Shown: positions 17,866 to 27,446, counted from the first letter of the stretch. The stretch: 64,000 nucleotides of DNA from Longimicrobiales bacterium (GCA_965219445.1 CBDCNQ010000002.1:704001-768000), one strand, 5' to 3'. Numbers and translations are program-made. The notes: generated from the letters alone by a model not told the origin.

Positions 17866-19117
17866 AGGTCTTGAGCTGCTGCTTCCTGGCCGCCGGGAAG
17901 AGAACGTTGTTCAGGATGAGCCGATATCCGGGAGAATCGCGGTGCAGATCGAGATCCGTGGGTGGGTCCCCGATCTGATGTTCCGGATCTTCGGGATCAT
18001 GCCCGCCGAAATAGGTCCAGGTCCCCTCTCCGAGGTTTCCGTGCACGTACTTCACGATCTCGCCGTCCCTCGCCAACACGATCGTGCCGGGTTTGAGCCG
18101 GTCCGTCCGGAAGGAGGTGGTGAGTCCGTAAAAGTCGGAAATCACCGCGACGTGGTTCTGAGTGAGCATCGTGGGCACGGGATCGAATTTTGCTGAAAAA
18201 TCGAAGAGGGTGAACGCCCCGAGCTCCAGACGCCACGGAGTGTTGACCTGGTGTGCGTCGATGTCGCTGAACGCGTTCACGGCCGGACGCGTCTGCACCA
18301 CGCCATCCCTGAACGCCATCGTGAGGTCCCATTCCATCTTGCTCGTGGCGTCCGGATCAGGCGGCGTCCCGTCCGAATACGAGGCCGCGATGTCGGCGTG
18401 CTCGGCGCCGAGCGCGAGCTCGAGCGTTTCAGTCGCGGAACACATGGCCAACAGGAATCCGCCATCTTCCACGTATTGGCGGAGCCGCCGGGCGACGCCC
18501 TTCTTGAGGTCGGGTACGGTGGCGAATCCGAGCCGCTCGGCCATCTCCTCGTTCCGGGACACCTCCTCCTGGAGCCAAGCGGACCCGGCGTAGGTGATGA
18601 AGAATTTGGAGTACTGCCCGGTGAAGTCCTCGTGATGAAGGTGGAGCCACTCGTACTCGTCCAGGTCCCCCTCGATGACGTCCTCGTCCCAAATCGTCTC
18701 GTAGGGAATTTGCGCGTACTGGAGCGCCATGGTGACGGCGTCGTCCCAAGGTGTGCTGTTGGGCGGAGTATAGATCGCCACCTTGGGCGCCTTCTCCAAG
18801 ACGACCGTCTCCATGTTCGAATCGGCGATCACGGCTCGGATCCCGGCGACGTCGGCGCCATTCACGGGCTCGGTAGTGACGCCTCGGAGGGCAGCCTGGC
18901 GGCGTAGACCCTCTATGTTGGGCAACAGGAAGGATCCACCCCGGTAGTTGAGCAGCCACTCCGCCTCTCCGTATTGTTCGAGAGCCCAATAGGTGAGGCC
19001 GTACGCCTTGAGATGGTTCTCCTGGGCGCGGTCCATGGGCACGAGCAACGACTGGGCGACCGTGGGTAACGGCCAGGCTAGGAAGGTCATGACCGACACG
19101 ACCCGCAACATCCTCAT
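17864..19117 (-). CDS. Secreted protein with class-I GATase-like fold (family often auto-annotated 'asparagine synthetase B')
   Basis: Signal peptide; LLVPMD..QENHLKAYG, PWDDAV, WLHLHHEDFTGQY, GGFLLAMCSA, GGHDPED, SPGYRLILNNVLFP. Lacks the AsnB Ntn-Cys1 and synthetase motifs. Confidence 0.7.
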   Translation of the reverse strand: MRMLRVVSVMTFLAWPLPTVAQSLLVPMDRAQENHLKAYGLTYWALEQYGEAEWLLNYRGGSFLLPNIEGLRRQAALRGVTTEPVNGADVAGIRAVIADSNMETVVLEKAPKVAIYTPPNSTPWDDAVTMALQYAQIPYETIWDEDVIEGDLDEYEWLHLHHEDFTGQYSKFFITYAGSAWLQEEVSRNEEMAERLGFATVPDLKKGVARRLRQYVEDGGFLLAMCSATETLELALGAEHADIAASYSDGTPPDPDATSKMEWDLTMAFRDGVVQTRPAVNAFSDIDAHQVNTPWRLELGAFTLFDFSAKFDPVPTMLTQNHVAVISDFYGLTTSFRTDRLKPGTIVLARDGEIVKYVHGNLGEGTWTYFGGHDPEDPEHQIGDPPTDLDLHRDSPGYRLILNNVLFPAARKQQLKT

Positions 19118-20883
19118 GAATCTGCTCCTCTCTGGATCCGCTGCAGCTCACGGCGGGCCGTCGGTACGATCGCGCTGTTGGGCTGGCTCAGGATGAGGTC
19201 CTCCAAGAGCTGAATCGCCTCGTCCACACCGGCCGGGGTGGCTCCCTTGAAACGGGCGAGCTGGAGCGTGGCCTCAGCTACCTCCGCAGAGTACGGGTGA
19301 TCTCGGATGATCCGCCCCCTGAAATCGGCCGCCGTCTCGGGCGCACGCCCGCGGTCAGCGATCCGGGCGCCCATCGCGAGTAGCAGCGGTCTCTCGTCGT
19401 GAGACACGGCGTCGATGGCGACCTCCAACTCGGACAGCGCCCCATCGGTGCTCCCGTGATGCGCCAGGACGGCGCTCCGCATGAATGCGGCGAGAGACTC
19501 TCCTTCGAGCCGGTCGAGGAGGTCCAGGAGCGCGATGACTTCCGTAGCCACTCCGGCGGGGACACCGGAGAGGGCTTCCTGTAGGGCCCCCCGGCCCGCG
19601 ACGACCTCCCCGGCGGCAAGATAGAGGTAAGCACGCTCGAGAGCGCTCCTCGGGCCGGTCAAGCCCGCTAGAAGCGATCGGGCGCCCTCTCGGTCCCCTT
19701 CAGCATCGAGCTGCACGGCCAATGTAACCGCCAACTCATCCAGTTGGGGCGCGTCCGGGTACTCCTGGGCGAACGCCGCCAGCGACTCCCCCATGTCCTC
19801 ACGGCCCAATTCAATTCCGAGTCGGATGATCTCGGCGAGCGCCTGTCGCCGGCCGGTGGCGCCTTCGGGGAGATTGTCGGCAATCGCTTGCTGGGCCTCG
19901 AGAACTCGGACGGTGTCCCCGATCGCCAGGGCCGCAATCGTGATGCGCTGATCCAGCGCCCGGATCTCCACGTCGCCGCCGGCGCCCGCTCGGAGTGTCT
20001 CGTAGGCCCAAAGCGACACGCCCATGGCGGCGACCTCTTGAGCCTGTCGAGCGACGGCAGTCAGAAAGCCCTGACGCGGCCGGCCCACCAGGTCCTCCAG
20101 GGCGGCCTCAGCCAGGCTCCTCGCCTCCCCGAAGGCACCTGCGTCGAGGGCAATCTGGGCTCCGGCCCGAAGACGAAGCCCGGTCGTAGGTGGACTGCGC
20201 AACTGTTCGAGGAGGGATAGCAGGAGTGCCTCTCGATTTTCCTCGATCTCCCCCAATCTTCTCGCCACGTTCGGTATCCCGGACCCGTCATTTCCGATGA
20301 AGGCCGCCCACTCTAGGACCGCCTCCTCCATGCGGCCAAGGTCGCCCAGGAGATCGCCCACCTCCATGGCGAAAAGAGACGGCTGCCCGAGCTCGGTCCT
20401 GCCTCGTTGAAGGACGGAGAGGGCCTGCTCAGGCCCGAAGACCTGAGCAAACGCGGCTCCAGCCGCCCGGTAGGGCTCGACGGACGAGCTCCCAGTGGCC
20501 ATCCAATCCTCCGCCGCCGCCTGGAGCGCGTCCTTGTCGTCGAGCTCGGTAAGCACTCGCAGCTCGAGGAGCCTCGGAGCCAAGGCGTTCGGCTCCATGT
20601 CCACGTATTGCTCGGCGAAGGGCAGAATCTCGTGAATGCGGTTCTGGGCCCGAAGGATTTGCTCCAAGGCGAAGATGCCGCCCGAGGAGGTGGGTCGCTC
20701 GTCCATGAGGCGCCGCAGAGTCTCCTCCGCGGCCTCTAGGTCGCCAGAGGATTCTTCACCGGCCGCGGCCCGCAGGAGACGGGACTCCAAGAGCGGATCG
20801 TCTTCCTGCGCATGGACTGCGACGGGCCGAAGAAGGGCCAAGCAAAGCACACCTAAGCTCCATCTCCACTCAGCGATTCTCAT
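19114..20883 (-). CDS. Secreted TPR/alpha-solenoid protein
   Basis: Signal peptide (VHA-Q), Ala/Leu helical repeats, C-terminal 'HPYS..AEA' and 'PNSAIVPTAR' TPR-like units. Confidence 0.75.
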   Translation of the reverse strand: MRIAEWRWSLGVLCLALLRPVAVHAQEDDPLLESRLLRAAAGEESSGDLEAAEETLRRLMDERPTSSGGIFALEQILRAQNRIHEILPFAEQYVDMEPNALAPRLLELRVLTELDDKDALQAAAEDWMATGSSSVEPYRAAGAAFAQVFGPEQALSVLQRGRTELGQPSLFAMEVGDLLGDLGRMEEAVLEWAAFIGNDGSGIPNVARRLGEIEENREALLLSLLEQLRSPPTTGLRLRAGAQIALDAGAFGEARSLAEAALEDLVGRPRQGFLTAVARQAQEVAAMGVSLWAYETLRAGAGGDVEIRALDQRITIAALAIGDTVRVLEAQQAIADNLPEGATGRRQALAEIIRLGIELGREDMGESLAAFAQEYPDAPQLDELAVTLAVQLDAEGDREGARSLLAGLTGPRSALERAYLYLAAGEVVAGRGALQEALSGVPAGVATEVIALLDLLDRLEGESLAAFMRSAVLAHHGSTDGALSELEVAIDAVSHDERPLLLAMGARIADRGRAPETAADFRGRIIRDHPYSAEVAEATLQLARFKGATPAGVDEAIQLLEDLILSQPNSAIVPTARRELQRIQRGADS

Positions 20884-23800
20884 CGGATCACGCCTTGCGT
20901 TCCACCGCGGCGCTCCGCCCGATTGAGCCGCTCGAAGTACTCCAGCACCATCTGGCGTTGAGCCGGGGAGAGCTGCTGCAGCTCTTCAGCCGGGGGGAGC
21001 TGAAAACGTAACGCCCCCATGTCCTCCGGCGAGAGCACTTCGACCTCATTTCTTTCGAACTGACCTGGTGCAGAGGACTCGCGCTCATCCGAAAACTCAT
21101 CCATCTCCAGGCTCCGGCCGGCGTCCAGAAGCCGGTGGAAGAGCCTTTCTTGTCGCTGAAGCGTTTCCACGTCTAGGGCCTCGCCTGCAAGCCGCTCGGC
21201 GAGTGCATGCGCCTCTTGGGCCAGAGCCTCGAGGTCACCCAGGGTTTGAGCTTGGTCCCGCGGCCGATTCGCGAGCTCACCGAGTTCCGCGGCGATCGTC
21301 TCTTGGCTGGCCGCCACGTCACTGAGTTGCTTCGCCTGCGCCTGTTGCCCGAGGCTCATGGGGGTGAGCTGCCCGGTCCGCTGATTCAGAGAGCCCTGTT
21401 GCTGGGCGATCTGCTGAAGCCGCTGGGTGACCTGTTCTCCGGACTGCCCTTGAGACCCTTGCCCCGGGACCTTGGCGGCCGCCGCCGCCATGACGGCAGC
21501 TTGATTGAGCGCTGCGACCGCCTGCTCCGCGGCACTGGAGGGAGAGAGCCTATCTCCTCCCTGACTTTCCAGCGCCTCGAGGGTCTCCTGAATGGCCTCC
21601 ATCGCCTGGCCCATTTGGCCAGCGACCTCATCGCTGGCCTGATCCCCCGCCGACTGCTCCGAAAGCTGGTTCGCCATGTTTTCGACGCCCTGGAGCAGCG
21701 CCGCCTCATCGCCACGCATTTCCGTGAGCTCTTCCGGAGTCGCACCACGCATTTGGTCCTGCAGGGCCGTCTGCTCGCGAGCGAGTGATAACGCGTCCGT
21801 GGCCGTCTGCTCCAGGGCTTCCTGATTGGCCTGCGCGTTCTGCTGGGACATCTGTTGCTGTCCCTGCTGAAGTTGATCGGACATCTGACTCATCTGGTCT
21901 GCTGCTTCTTGGGCGGTTTCGGACGCCTCCTGAGGTTCGCCGTTCCGTGCCTGTTGGGCAGCCTCAGACATCGACTGCTGCGCCTGTCGGCCCTGGTTTT
22001 GCGCCTGTTCTACCGCATCACGCGCCTCCTCTTCTCCCGCCTCAGCCAGCCGCTCCTGCAACCCGTCGAGCGACTCGTTCAGATCCTGAGTGCGGGCCTC
22101 CAACGCCTCCTGCTGTTCGGCCCTCAGCTCGGGGGAATCCCCCTCATTCATGGCGTCGGCCAACGCCTGTTCCTGCTGGGCGAGTTCTTCCGCCTCCTCG
22201 GCGGTGGCCCGGAAGTCCTGCTCCATTGCGGCCCGCTCGAACTGCTCGATTGCCGCCTCCAGCCGATCACGAAGAGCTTCCTGGTCCCCCGCCAACTCCC
22301 TGAGCAGCTCCTCTGCATCGTCGCCGGTCATCTCATTGAGCTGTTCAGCGACATCCTCCAGGAACTCCTCGAGACTCTCCGGTGCCAACTCGTCCATGAG
22401 TCTCTGGAGTTCCCTCAGCTGCTCCTGAAGCTCGGGATCAGCGAGTCCCGTCGTCTCCAGATCCCGATTGAGCTCGGCCAGCTCCATTTCGAGGGAGTCC
22501 AGGGCAGCCAGCAGCTCCTCCTGAGCCTCCAGGGCCTCCCGTACGTCCTCCTCTTGCTCGAAGTCCAGACGCTCTTCGTCTTCCTCTGTGCGGCTCTGGC
22601 TTTCTGGGTCACGCCGATTCGAGAGCTCACGCTCCAGCTCCTGCGTCTCCGCGGCACGCTCCTCAGCCCGGTTCGCCAACTCCTCCACACCGCGTGTCGC
22701 TTCATCCAGACGCTCTTGGGCTTCGCGTCTCAGATCAGCCGCGGTGGGCGGCCTGAGCACGTACTCGCGCGTCTCACTCACATTGGGGATCGGGGCGTTG
22801 TCCACCGCCCGCACGAAGTAGCGGATCGTGTCCCCGGGTAGCAGCTCCCAACTCGTGAGGTCGATGATGGGCCGTAGCAACGCCCCGCGAGTTCCCCCCA
22901 CCGTCATCGGCTGTTCGACGGGAGCCGTCCGGTCCCCGAAGGCGGTCACCCGATAGACGACCAGCTCCAGATGGTCCAACCCATAGTCGTCCGACGCCTC
23001 GAGAACGAGGGCCTGCCTGAGGGAAACCGGAAGTATCGTGTCACGCCCGGGGAGCAGCACGGAGATATCGGGGGCGGAGTCGGGCACCATGGTGAGTCCC
23101 AAGGGCGGCGGGAGGATTTCCGCCGGTTCGCCATCGACACCGATGAACCGCCATTCGTATAGGCCGCTCACCCGTGGCGTCCACCGCCCCTCGAAGTTGC
23201 GGCCATTCACACTCAGTTCCGCGTCCGCCTCCCTCCCTACCTCTTCCTCCCTCCCTACCTCTGCCCCTGCCTCTGCCCCTGCCGCTCCGTCGAGATACTC
23301 CAATCGGGCGGAAAGAAGGGGACGGCTGGCTTGTCCGTCGAAGGAAAACACGCTCCCCACCGGGATCTGAAGTGGGGGTACTACGACGCCATATTCCTCT
23401 GGGGGACGGCCCGTGTGCGGCGGGAAGGCAATCCGCACGATCAAATCGCCCACCAGGAGCGGATCCACAGGCTGGAGCTCGTAGCGGGGCGACATTGCTC
23501 CATCCGGAGCCTGCACCCAATAGTCGGTCCGGGCCGTGACGCGCCGGAGCACGAACGATCCCCGGTCTCCGTCCAGATCGATCATCTGCTCGAGCTCGAC
23601 GTCACCGGCGGCCTGCCAATGTACGGTCACCGTCATCCTTCCGGGCGCAGACACTTCCATCGGCACATCGGAGCCTCGTAGGACCTCGACGGTTCCGGGA
23701 GTCACCACGAGCGCCGGAAGGGTCGGTCCCGCCATCAGCTCGAACGGCCTCGCTAGCCCCGCCCACGCCATGAGAGACCGCGCTGGAGCTACGGCTGTAA

Positions 23801-24308
23801 GGACGATGACGAGCGGCAAGAGGACCATGAGCCCCAGGCCCCCGCGCCGCATCCACCGTCGAACCTCATGAGTCATCCGTCCAGCGAGGTCCCGACGCTC
23901 ACCGTGAAGGTATGCGAGGGCATTCTGGGCGGCCCGATCGGCCAGACTCGACGACACGCCGGACGGAAGCGTTCTGGCCAACTCCAAGGATCCTCTGAGG
24001 ATCCCCGGCGCCATCCCGACCTCCAGCTCGATATCGTTCGCGACGTTCCGCTCACGGAGCCACGATCCGGCCAGCCGCCGATACACCAGCCAGGAGGACA
24101 CGCACAGCCCCACGATCAGCGCGTCGATGAGCAGCGGAGCCAACGTCCCCTGTCGCCAACCCTCCGGAGCCATGGCCACCCATGCAAGAACCAACACACC
24201 GGCCAAAGCAGCGCCGAGCCACAGGCCGAGCGCCACGCGAGCGCTCCCGAGCAGGCGCGTCCTGACACCCTCGACGATCCGAACGATGCTGGCGGGCGCC
24301 GGGCTCAC
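20880..24308 (-). CDS. DUF4175-like membrane-anchored protein with long Gln/Glu coiled coil
   Basis: Three N-terminal TM segments, Ig-like region with ASDDYGL and AVDN, Q/E-rich coiled coil, C-terminal RLLDA..S and YFERL. Confidence 0.75.
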   Translation of the reverse strand: MSPAPASIVRIVEGVRTRLLGSARVALGLWLGAALAGVLVLAWVAMAPEGWRQGTLAPLLIDALIVGLCVSSWLVYRRLAGSWLRERNVANDIELEVGMAPGILRGSLELARTLPSGVSSSLADRAAQNALAYLHGERRDLAGRMTHEVRRWMRRGGLGLMVLLPLVIVLTAVAPARSLMAWAGLARPFELMAGPTLPALVVTPGTVEVLRGSDVPMEVSAPGRMTVTVHWQAAGDVELEQMIDLDGDRGSFVLRRVTARTDYWVQAPDGAMSPRYELQPVDPLLVGDLIVRIAFPPHTGRPPEEYGVVVPPLQIPVGSVFSFDGQASRPLLSARLEYLDGAAGAEAGAEVGREEEVGREADAELSVNGRNFEGRWTPRVSGLYEWRFIGVDGEPAEILPPPLGLTMVPDSAPDISVLLPGRDTILPVSLRQALVLEASDDYGLDHLELVVYRVTAFGDRTAPVEQPMTVGGTRGALLRPIIDLTSWELLPGDTIRYFVRAVDNAPIPNVSETREYVLRPPTAADLRREAQERLDEATRGVEELANRAEERAAETQELERELSNRRDPESQSRTEEDEERLDFEQEEDVREALEAQEELLAALDSLEMELAELNRDLETTGLADPELQEQLRELQRLMDELAPESLEEFLEDVAEQLNEMTGDDAEELLRELAGDQEALRDRLEAAIEQFERAAMEQDFRATAEEAEELAQQEQALADAMNEGDSPELRAEQQEALEARTQDLNESLDGLQERLAEAGEEEARDAVEQAQNQGRQAQQSMSEAAQQARNGEPQEASETAQEAADQMSQMSDQLQQGQQQMSQQNAQANQEALEQTATDALSLAREQTALQDQMRGATPEELTEMRGDEAALLQGVENMANQLSEQSAGDQASDEVAGQMGQAMEAIQETLEALESQGGDRLSPSSAAEQAVAALNQAAVMAAAAAKVPGQGSQGQSGEQVTQRLQQIAQQQGSLNQRTGQLTPMSLGQQAQAKQLSDVAASQETIAAELGELANRPRDQAQTLGDLEALAQEAHALAERLAGEALDVETLQRQERLFHRLLDAGRSLEMDEFSDERESSAPGQFERNEVEVLSPEDMGALRFQLPPAEELQQLSPAQRQMVLEYFERLNRAERRGGTQGVIR
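23228..23287. repeat. In-frame tandem duplications (18 bp x2 plus 12 bp x2) within the DUF4175-like gene
   Basis: CCTCCCTCCCTACCTCT(T/G) x2 followed by CCCCTGCC.. x2, encoding GAEAGAEVGREEEVGRE. Confidence 0.7.
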
Positions 24309-24991
24309 GGGACCATCTGGCTGAGGACGTACAGATAGAGGTTCACACCCATGCGGAGCGCCGACTCGCGGACATCCGGAGCGTCATCGTGGACATCGGG
24401 ATCCTCCCAGCCATCACCGAGGTCCGACTCGTAGGTGTAGAAAACGACCAGCCGCCCACCATGGAAGATGCCGAAGGCCTGGGGCGGCCCTCCGTCGTGC
24501 TCGTGAATCTTGGGCAACCCCTCCGGAAAGTCGTACATCATCCGGAAGACGGCTTGGTCCGGCGGAATCTCGGCGAGTTCGTACTCCGGAAAAATCTCGG
24601 CGATTTCTTCCCGGAAAGACTCGTCCATCCCATAGTTGTCGTCGGCGTGGAGGAAGCCACCGGCTAACAGATACTCCCGAAGGGCCGTCCGTTCGTCGGG
24701 CGAGAAGCGCACGTTCCCGTGCCCGGTCATATACAGGTAGGGATGGTCCTTCAGCGACGGATCCAGAGGGCGTACCGTCTGTGGCTGGGCCGACACAGCC
24801 AATCCCGTTCGTTCCCGAATGGCCGTGAGAAGATTGGGCAGAGACGACGGGTTCGCATACCAATCTCCACCACCCTCGTATTGCAGCCGAGTGATGGTCA
24901 AAACCGAATCGGGCCGCACACCTGCGCCGGTATGGGACCGTACGTCCAGGCCGGCCGACGTAAGAGCTGCTAGAAGAAGAGCCAGCATCAC
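24305..24991 (-). CDS. DUF4159 domain protein with signal peptide
   Basis: YEGGGDWY..PSSLPNL, PYLYMTGHG, GGFLHADDNYG, PKIHEHD, ESDLGDGWED, ALRMGVN. Confidence 0.88.
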   Translation of the reverse strand: MMLALLLAALTSAGLDVRSHTGAGVRPDSVLTITRLQYEGGGDWYANPSSLPNLLTAIRERTGLAVSAQPQTVRPLDPSLKDHPYLYMTGHGNVRFSPDERTALREYLLAGGFLHADDNYGMDESFREEIAEIFPEYELAEIPPDQAVFRMMYDFPEGLPKIHEHDGGPPQAFGIFHGGRLVVFYTYESDLGDGWEDPDVHDDAPDVRESALRMGVNLYLYVLSQMVP

Positions 24992-25085
24992 GGTTGTATC
25001 CCGAGCGCTTCAGGCATCGAAACTTCCCGCCCGCGTGCTTCCTGCGCCTCGCTGGCGATCGCTGACTCCACCCCGACTCCTCTGC

Positions 25086-25940
25086 TCACCCCGACTCCTC
25101 TGAATCGTCCTCTAGAGCGTGGACGATTTCGTATGCTGCGTTCTTGGCAATTCCGAGGCGGGACGACACTTCTCGCGCGGCCCGACTGGGCGTGAGGCCC
25201 TCAGCGAAGAGGGCCCGCACCAACGCTCGGGCGGCCGCCTCGTCGACCCGTTCCCTCCCCTCAGCCGGGGACCGCGGGGAGACCACTACAGTCACTTCTC
25301 CCCGCGCCTTGTTCTCCGCGTAGTAGCGCGCAGCTTCCGCCGTTGTTCCCCGGTAAAATTCTTCATGAATCTTGGTCATTTCGCGTGCCACGACAACCTG
25401 GCGGTCGGCGGCCACGAGCGCCATGAGCTCCTTTAGAAGATCGGCCAGACGCTCGGGAGATTCGAACACGACGGAGGTGCGTGCTGCGGAGGCGATGTCC
25501 TCGAGAAGAGCCAGCCGGTCCTTGGCTTTACGCGGCACAAATCCGTAGAACGAGAAGGGGACAGCGGGAAACCCGGCTCCCATGAGGGCCGAAAGGATCG
25601 CCGACGGGCCGGGCACGGGAACCACCTCGTGTCCCGCGTCCAACACCGCCCGTACGAGCCGCTCACCTGGATCCGACAGCAGCGGCGTGCCGGCATCGGA
25701 GACCAGCGCGAGGTTGTCACCCGCATCCAAATGCGCCACGACCTGCGGGATCCGGGAGGCTTCGTTGTGTTCATGCAGTGACGTCAACGAGGTGCGTAGG
25801 TCGTAGCGGTCGAGGAGCTTCCGGGTTCGACGTGTGTCTTCAGCCAGAATGCCGTCTACAGTCCCGAGAACTTCGACCGACCGGGCGGAGGCGTCCGAGA
25901 GGTTGCCGATCGGGGTGGCTACGATGTAGAGGGTGCTCAT
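25086..25940 (-). CDS. rsmI: 16S rRNA C1402 2'-O-methyltransferase
   Basis: LYIVATPIGNL, AEDTR, VSDAGTP.LSDPG, FESPER, REMTKIHEE. Confidence 0.96.
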   Translation of the reverse strand: MSTLYIVATPIGNLSDASARSVEVLGTVDGILAEDTRRTRKLLDRYDLRTSLTSLHEHNEASRIPQVVAHLDAGDNLALVSDAGTPLLSDPGERLVRAVLDAGHEVVPVPGPSAILSALMGAGFPAVPFSFYGFVPRKAKDRLALLEDIASAARTSVVFESPERLADLLKELMALVAADRQVVVAREMTKIHEEFYRGTTAEAARYYAENKARGEVTVVVSPRSPAEGRERVDEAAARALVRALFAEGLTPSRAAREVSSRLGIAKNAAYEIVHALEDDSEESG

Positions 25941-25946
25941 GCGGGC

Positions 25947-25955
25947 AGTATAGCA
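25947..25955 (-). promoter_or_regulatory. Extended -10 promoter (TGcTATACT) 6 nt before the rsmI ATG; probably leaderless
   Basis: Minus strand TGCTATACT-GCCCGC-ATG, no SD. Confidence 0.6.
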
Positions 25956-26024
25956 GAAAAGGCGACGGCCCGGAGATTCACTCCTCCAGGCCGCCGCATG
26001 TCCTCAAAACGCCCAGCGCTCCCC

Positions 26025-26360
26025 CTACATGTGCTCCTTGATCTTGGCCTCGAGCGTCGGGCGCGGCACTGCTCCGACCACCGTGTCCACGTGCTCGCCG
26101 TCCTTGAAGAACAACACGCTCGGGATCGAACGTACGGCGAAACGGACGGTCACATCCGGATTTTGGTCGACGTCCAACTTTCCAACCGTGACGCCACCGT
26201 CGCTGTACTCGTCCGCCAATGCCTCGACGATCGGCGCCACCATGCGGCAGGGCCCGCACCACTCGGCCCAGAAATCGATCATCGTGAGACCGGTGGACCC
26301 CTCGATCGTCTCCGCAAAATTCTGATCCGTGATTTCCACGATCTTTCCGTTCACACCCAT
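26025..26360 (-). CDS. trxA: Thioredoxin
   Basis: DFWAEWCGPC, SIPS, FKDG; SD AAGGAG upstream. Confidence 0.96.
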   Translation of the reverse strand: MGVNGKIVEITDQNFAETIEGSTGLTMIDFWAEWCGPCRMVAPIVEALADEYSDGGVTVGKLDVDQNPDVTVRFAVRSIPSVLFFKDGEHVDTVVGAVPRPTLEAKIKEHM

Positions 26361-26375
26361 CACTCGATCTCCTTA

Positions 26376-26415
26376 TACCTTAAACGGGTCGGGTACCTTA
26401 GACGGATCGGGTACC
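26376..26415. repeat. 18-bp tandem repeat (~2.2 copies) in the trxA leader
   Basis: TACCTTAAACGGGTCGGG / TACCTTAGACGGATCGGG / TACC. Confidence 0.75.
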
Positions 26416-26509
26416 ACAATCGGGCCTGAGGCACCATCCGGTCCCGGTGTGTCTACTTTCCACTGTACTAGCAAAACTTTTGCTGTACCAACAAAACGTG
26501 CACTAACCC

Positions 26510-26905
26510 ATGAACGGTTTTCCGCTCGACCACGTCGGCGTCGCAGTTCCGTCCATTCAAGAGTCCGCGGCGACCTTCGAACCCATCACCGGGGCCACTT
26601 GTTCCAGCGTCGAGCATCTGCCAGGAGAAGACGTCAATGTCGCCTTCGTCGGATCCATCGAACTCATCGAGCCGAGATCCAGCGCCGGCCCCATCGCACT
26701 CTTCCTCGCCAGTCGCGGACCCGGCCTTCACCACGTCGCCTACCGGGTGCCCGACCTTCGCGCGACCCTCCAAGATCTGAATACTCGAGGGTTCCAACTC
26801 ATCGACGAGGAACCCCGTACGGGCGCCCGGGGGCACCTGGTGGCCTTTATTCATCCCAAATCAACCGGCGGGACCTTGATCGAGCTGGTGCAACGCGGCC
26901 CCTGA
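26510..26905 (+). CDS. mce: Methylmalonyl-CoA epimerase (VOC family)
   Basis: LDHVGVAV, IELIEP, RGPGLHHVAYRV, AFIHPKSTGGTLIELVQ. Confidence 0.9.
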   Translation: MNGFPLDHVGVAVPSIQESAATFEPITGATCSSVEHLPGEDVNVAFVGSIELIEPRSSAGPIALFLASRGPGLHHVAYRVPDLRATLQDLNTRGFQLIDEEPRTGARGHLVAFIHPKSTGGTLIELVQRGP

Positions 26906-26921
26906 CCGTAAGAACTCAGCC

Positions 26922-27446
26922 CTACCCGCCTTCCGTGATCTTTACCAGCTCGATCACATTGACCAGCCACCGATTGGGTGATTCCAGCACCACTGTAAAC
27001 CCGACATCCCGCACCATGTTGCCCTGGGGCAACAATAGGTCCACACCGAGCCGGGTTCTAGGAACTTCCGACCCTGGCACCCTACGCTCCGAAACGATGT
27101 CATAATCGTCGTGCTGGAGGATTTCGGCGATCACATCCATTCGCAGTTCGACCTCCTCCCTGTTCCCCCTGTCTCCGATGGGTCCGTCGTCGGTCCCGAA
27201 CAGGCGCGACATCGTCTCGAGATCCCGAGTGTTGGCGGCCTGCAGGAACCGCTCCACCGTCAAGGACGGGGCGACCGGTAACTGGGGCTGATTCACAACC
27301 GTCTGACTGGTACATGCACCCGCCGACATGAGCAGGACGAACAAAACCGGGAGACGCTTCAGCGGTCGGACTCCGGATACGAGGCAGCTTCTCGGTGCTC
27401 GAACGTGATCGCTCACGAGGTTATCCGAGCGAGTGGAGAGCGTCAA
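26922..27446 (-). CDS. Hypothetical protein, probable lipoprotein
   Basis: [16 protein letters not shown] lipobox-like segment and an NTF2-like '[14 protein letters not shown]' pattern. True start is probably downstream of 27446. Confidence 0.6.
   Translation of the reverse strand: MTLSTRSDNLVSDHVRAPRSCLVSGVRPLKRLPVLFVLLMSAGACTSQTVVNQPQLPVAPSLTVERFLQAANTRDLETMSRLFGTDDGPIGDRGNREEVELRMDVIAEILQHDDYDIVSERRVPGSEVPRTRLGVDLLLPQGNMVRDVGFTVVLESPNRWLVNVIELVKITEGG

Noticed and set aside
17864..19117. Calling this gene asnB
   Set aside because: It has a signal peptide and lacks the Ntn Cys1 and the SGGLDS synthetase motif.
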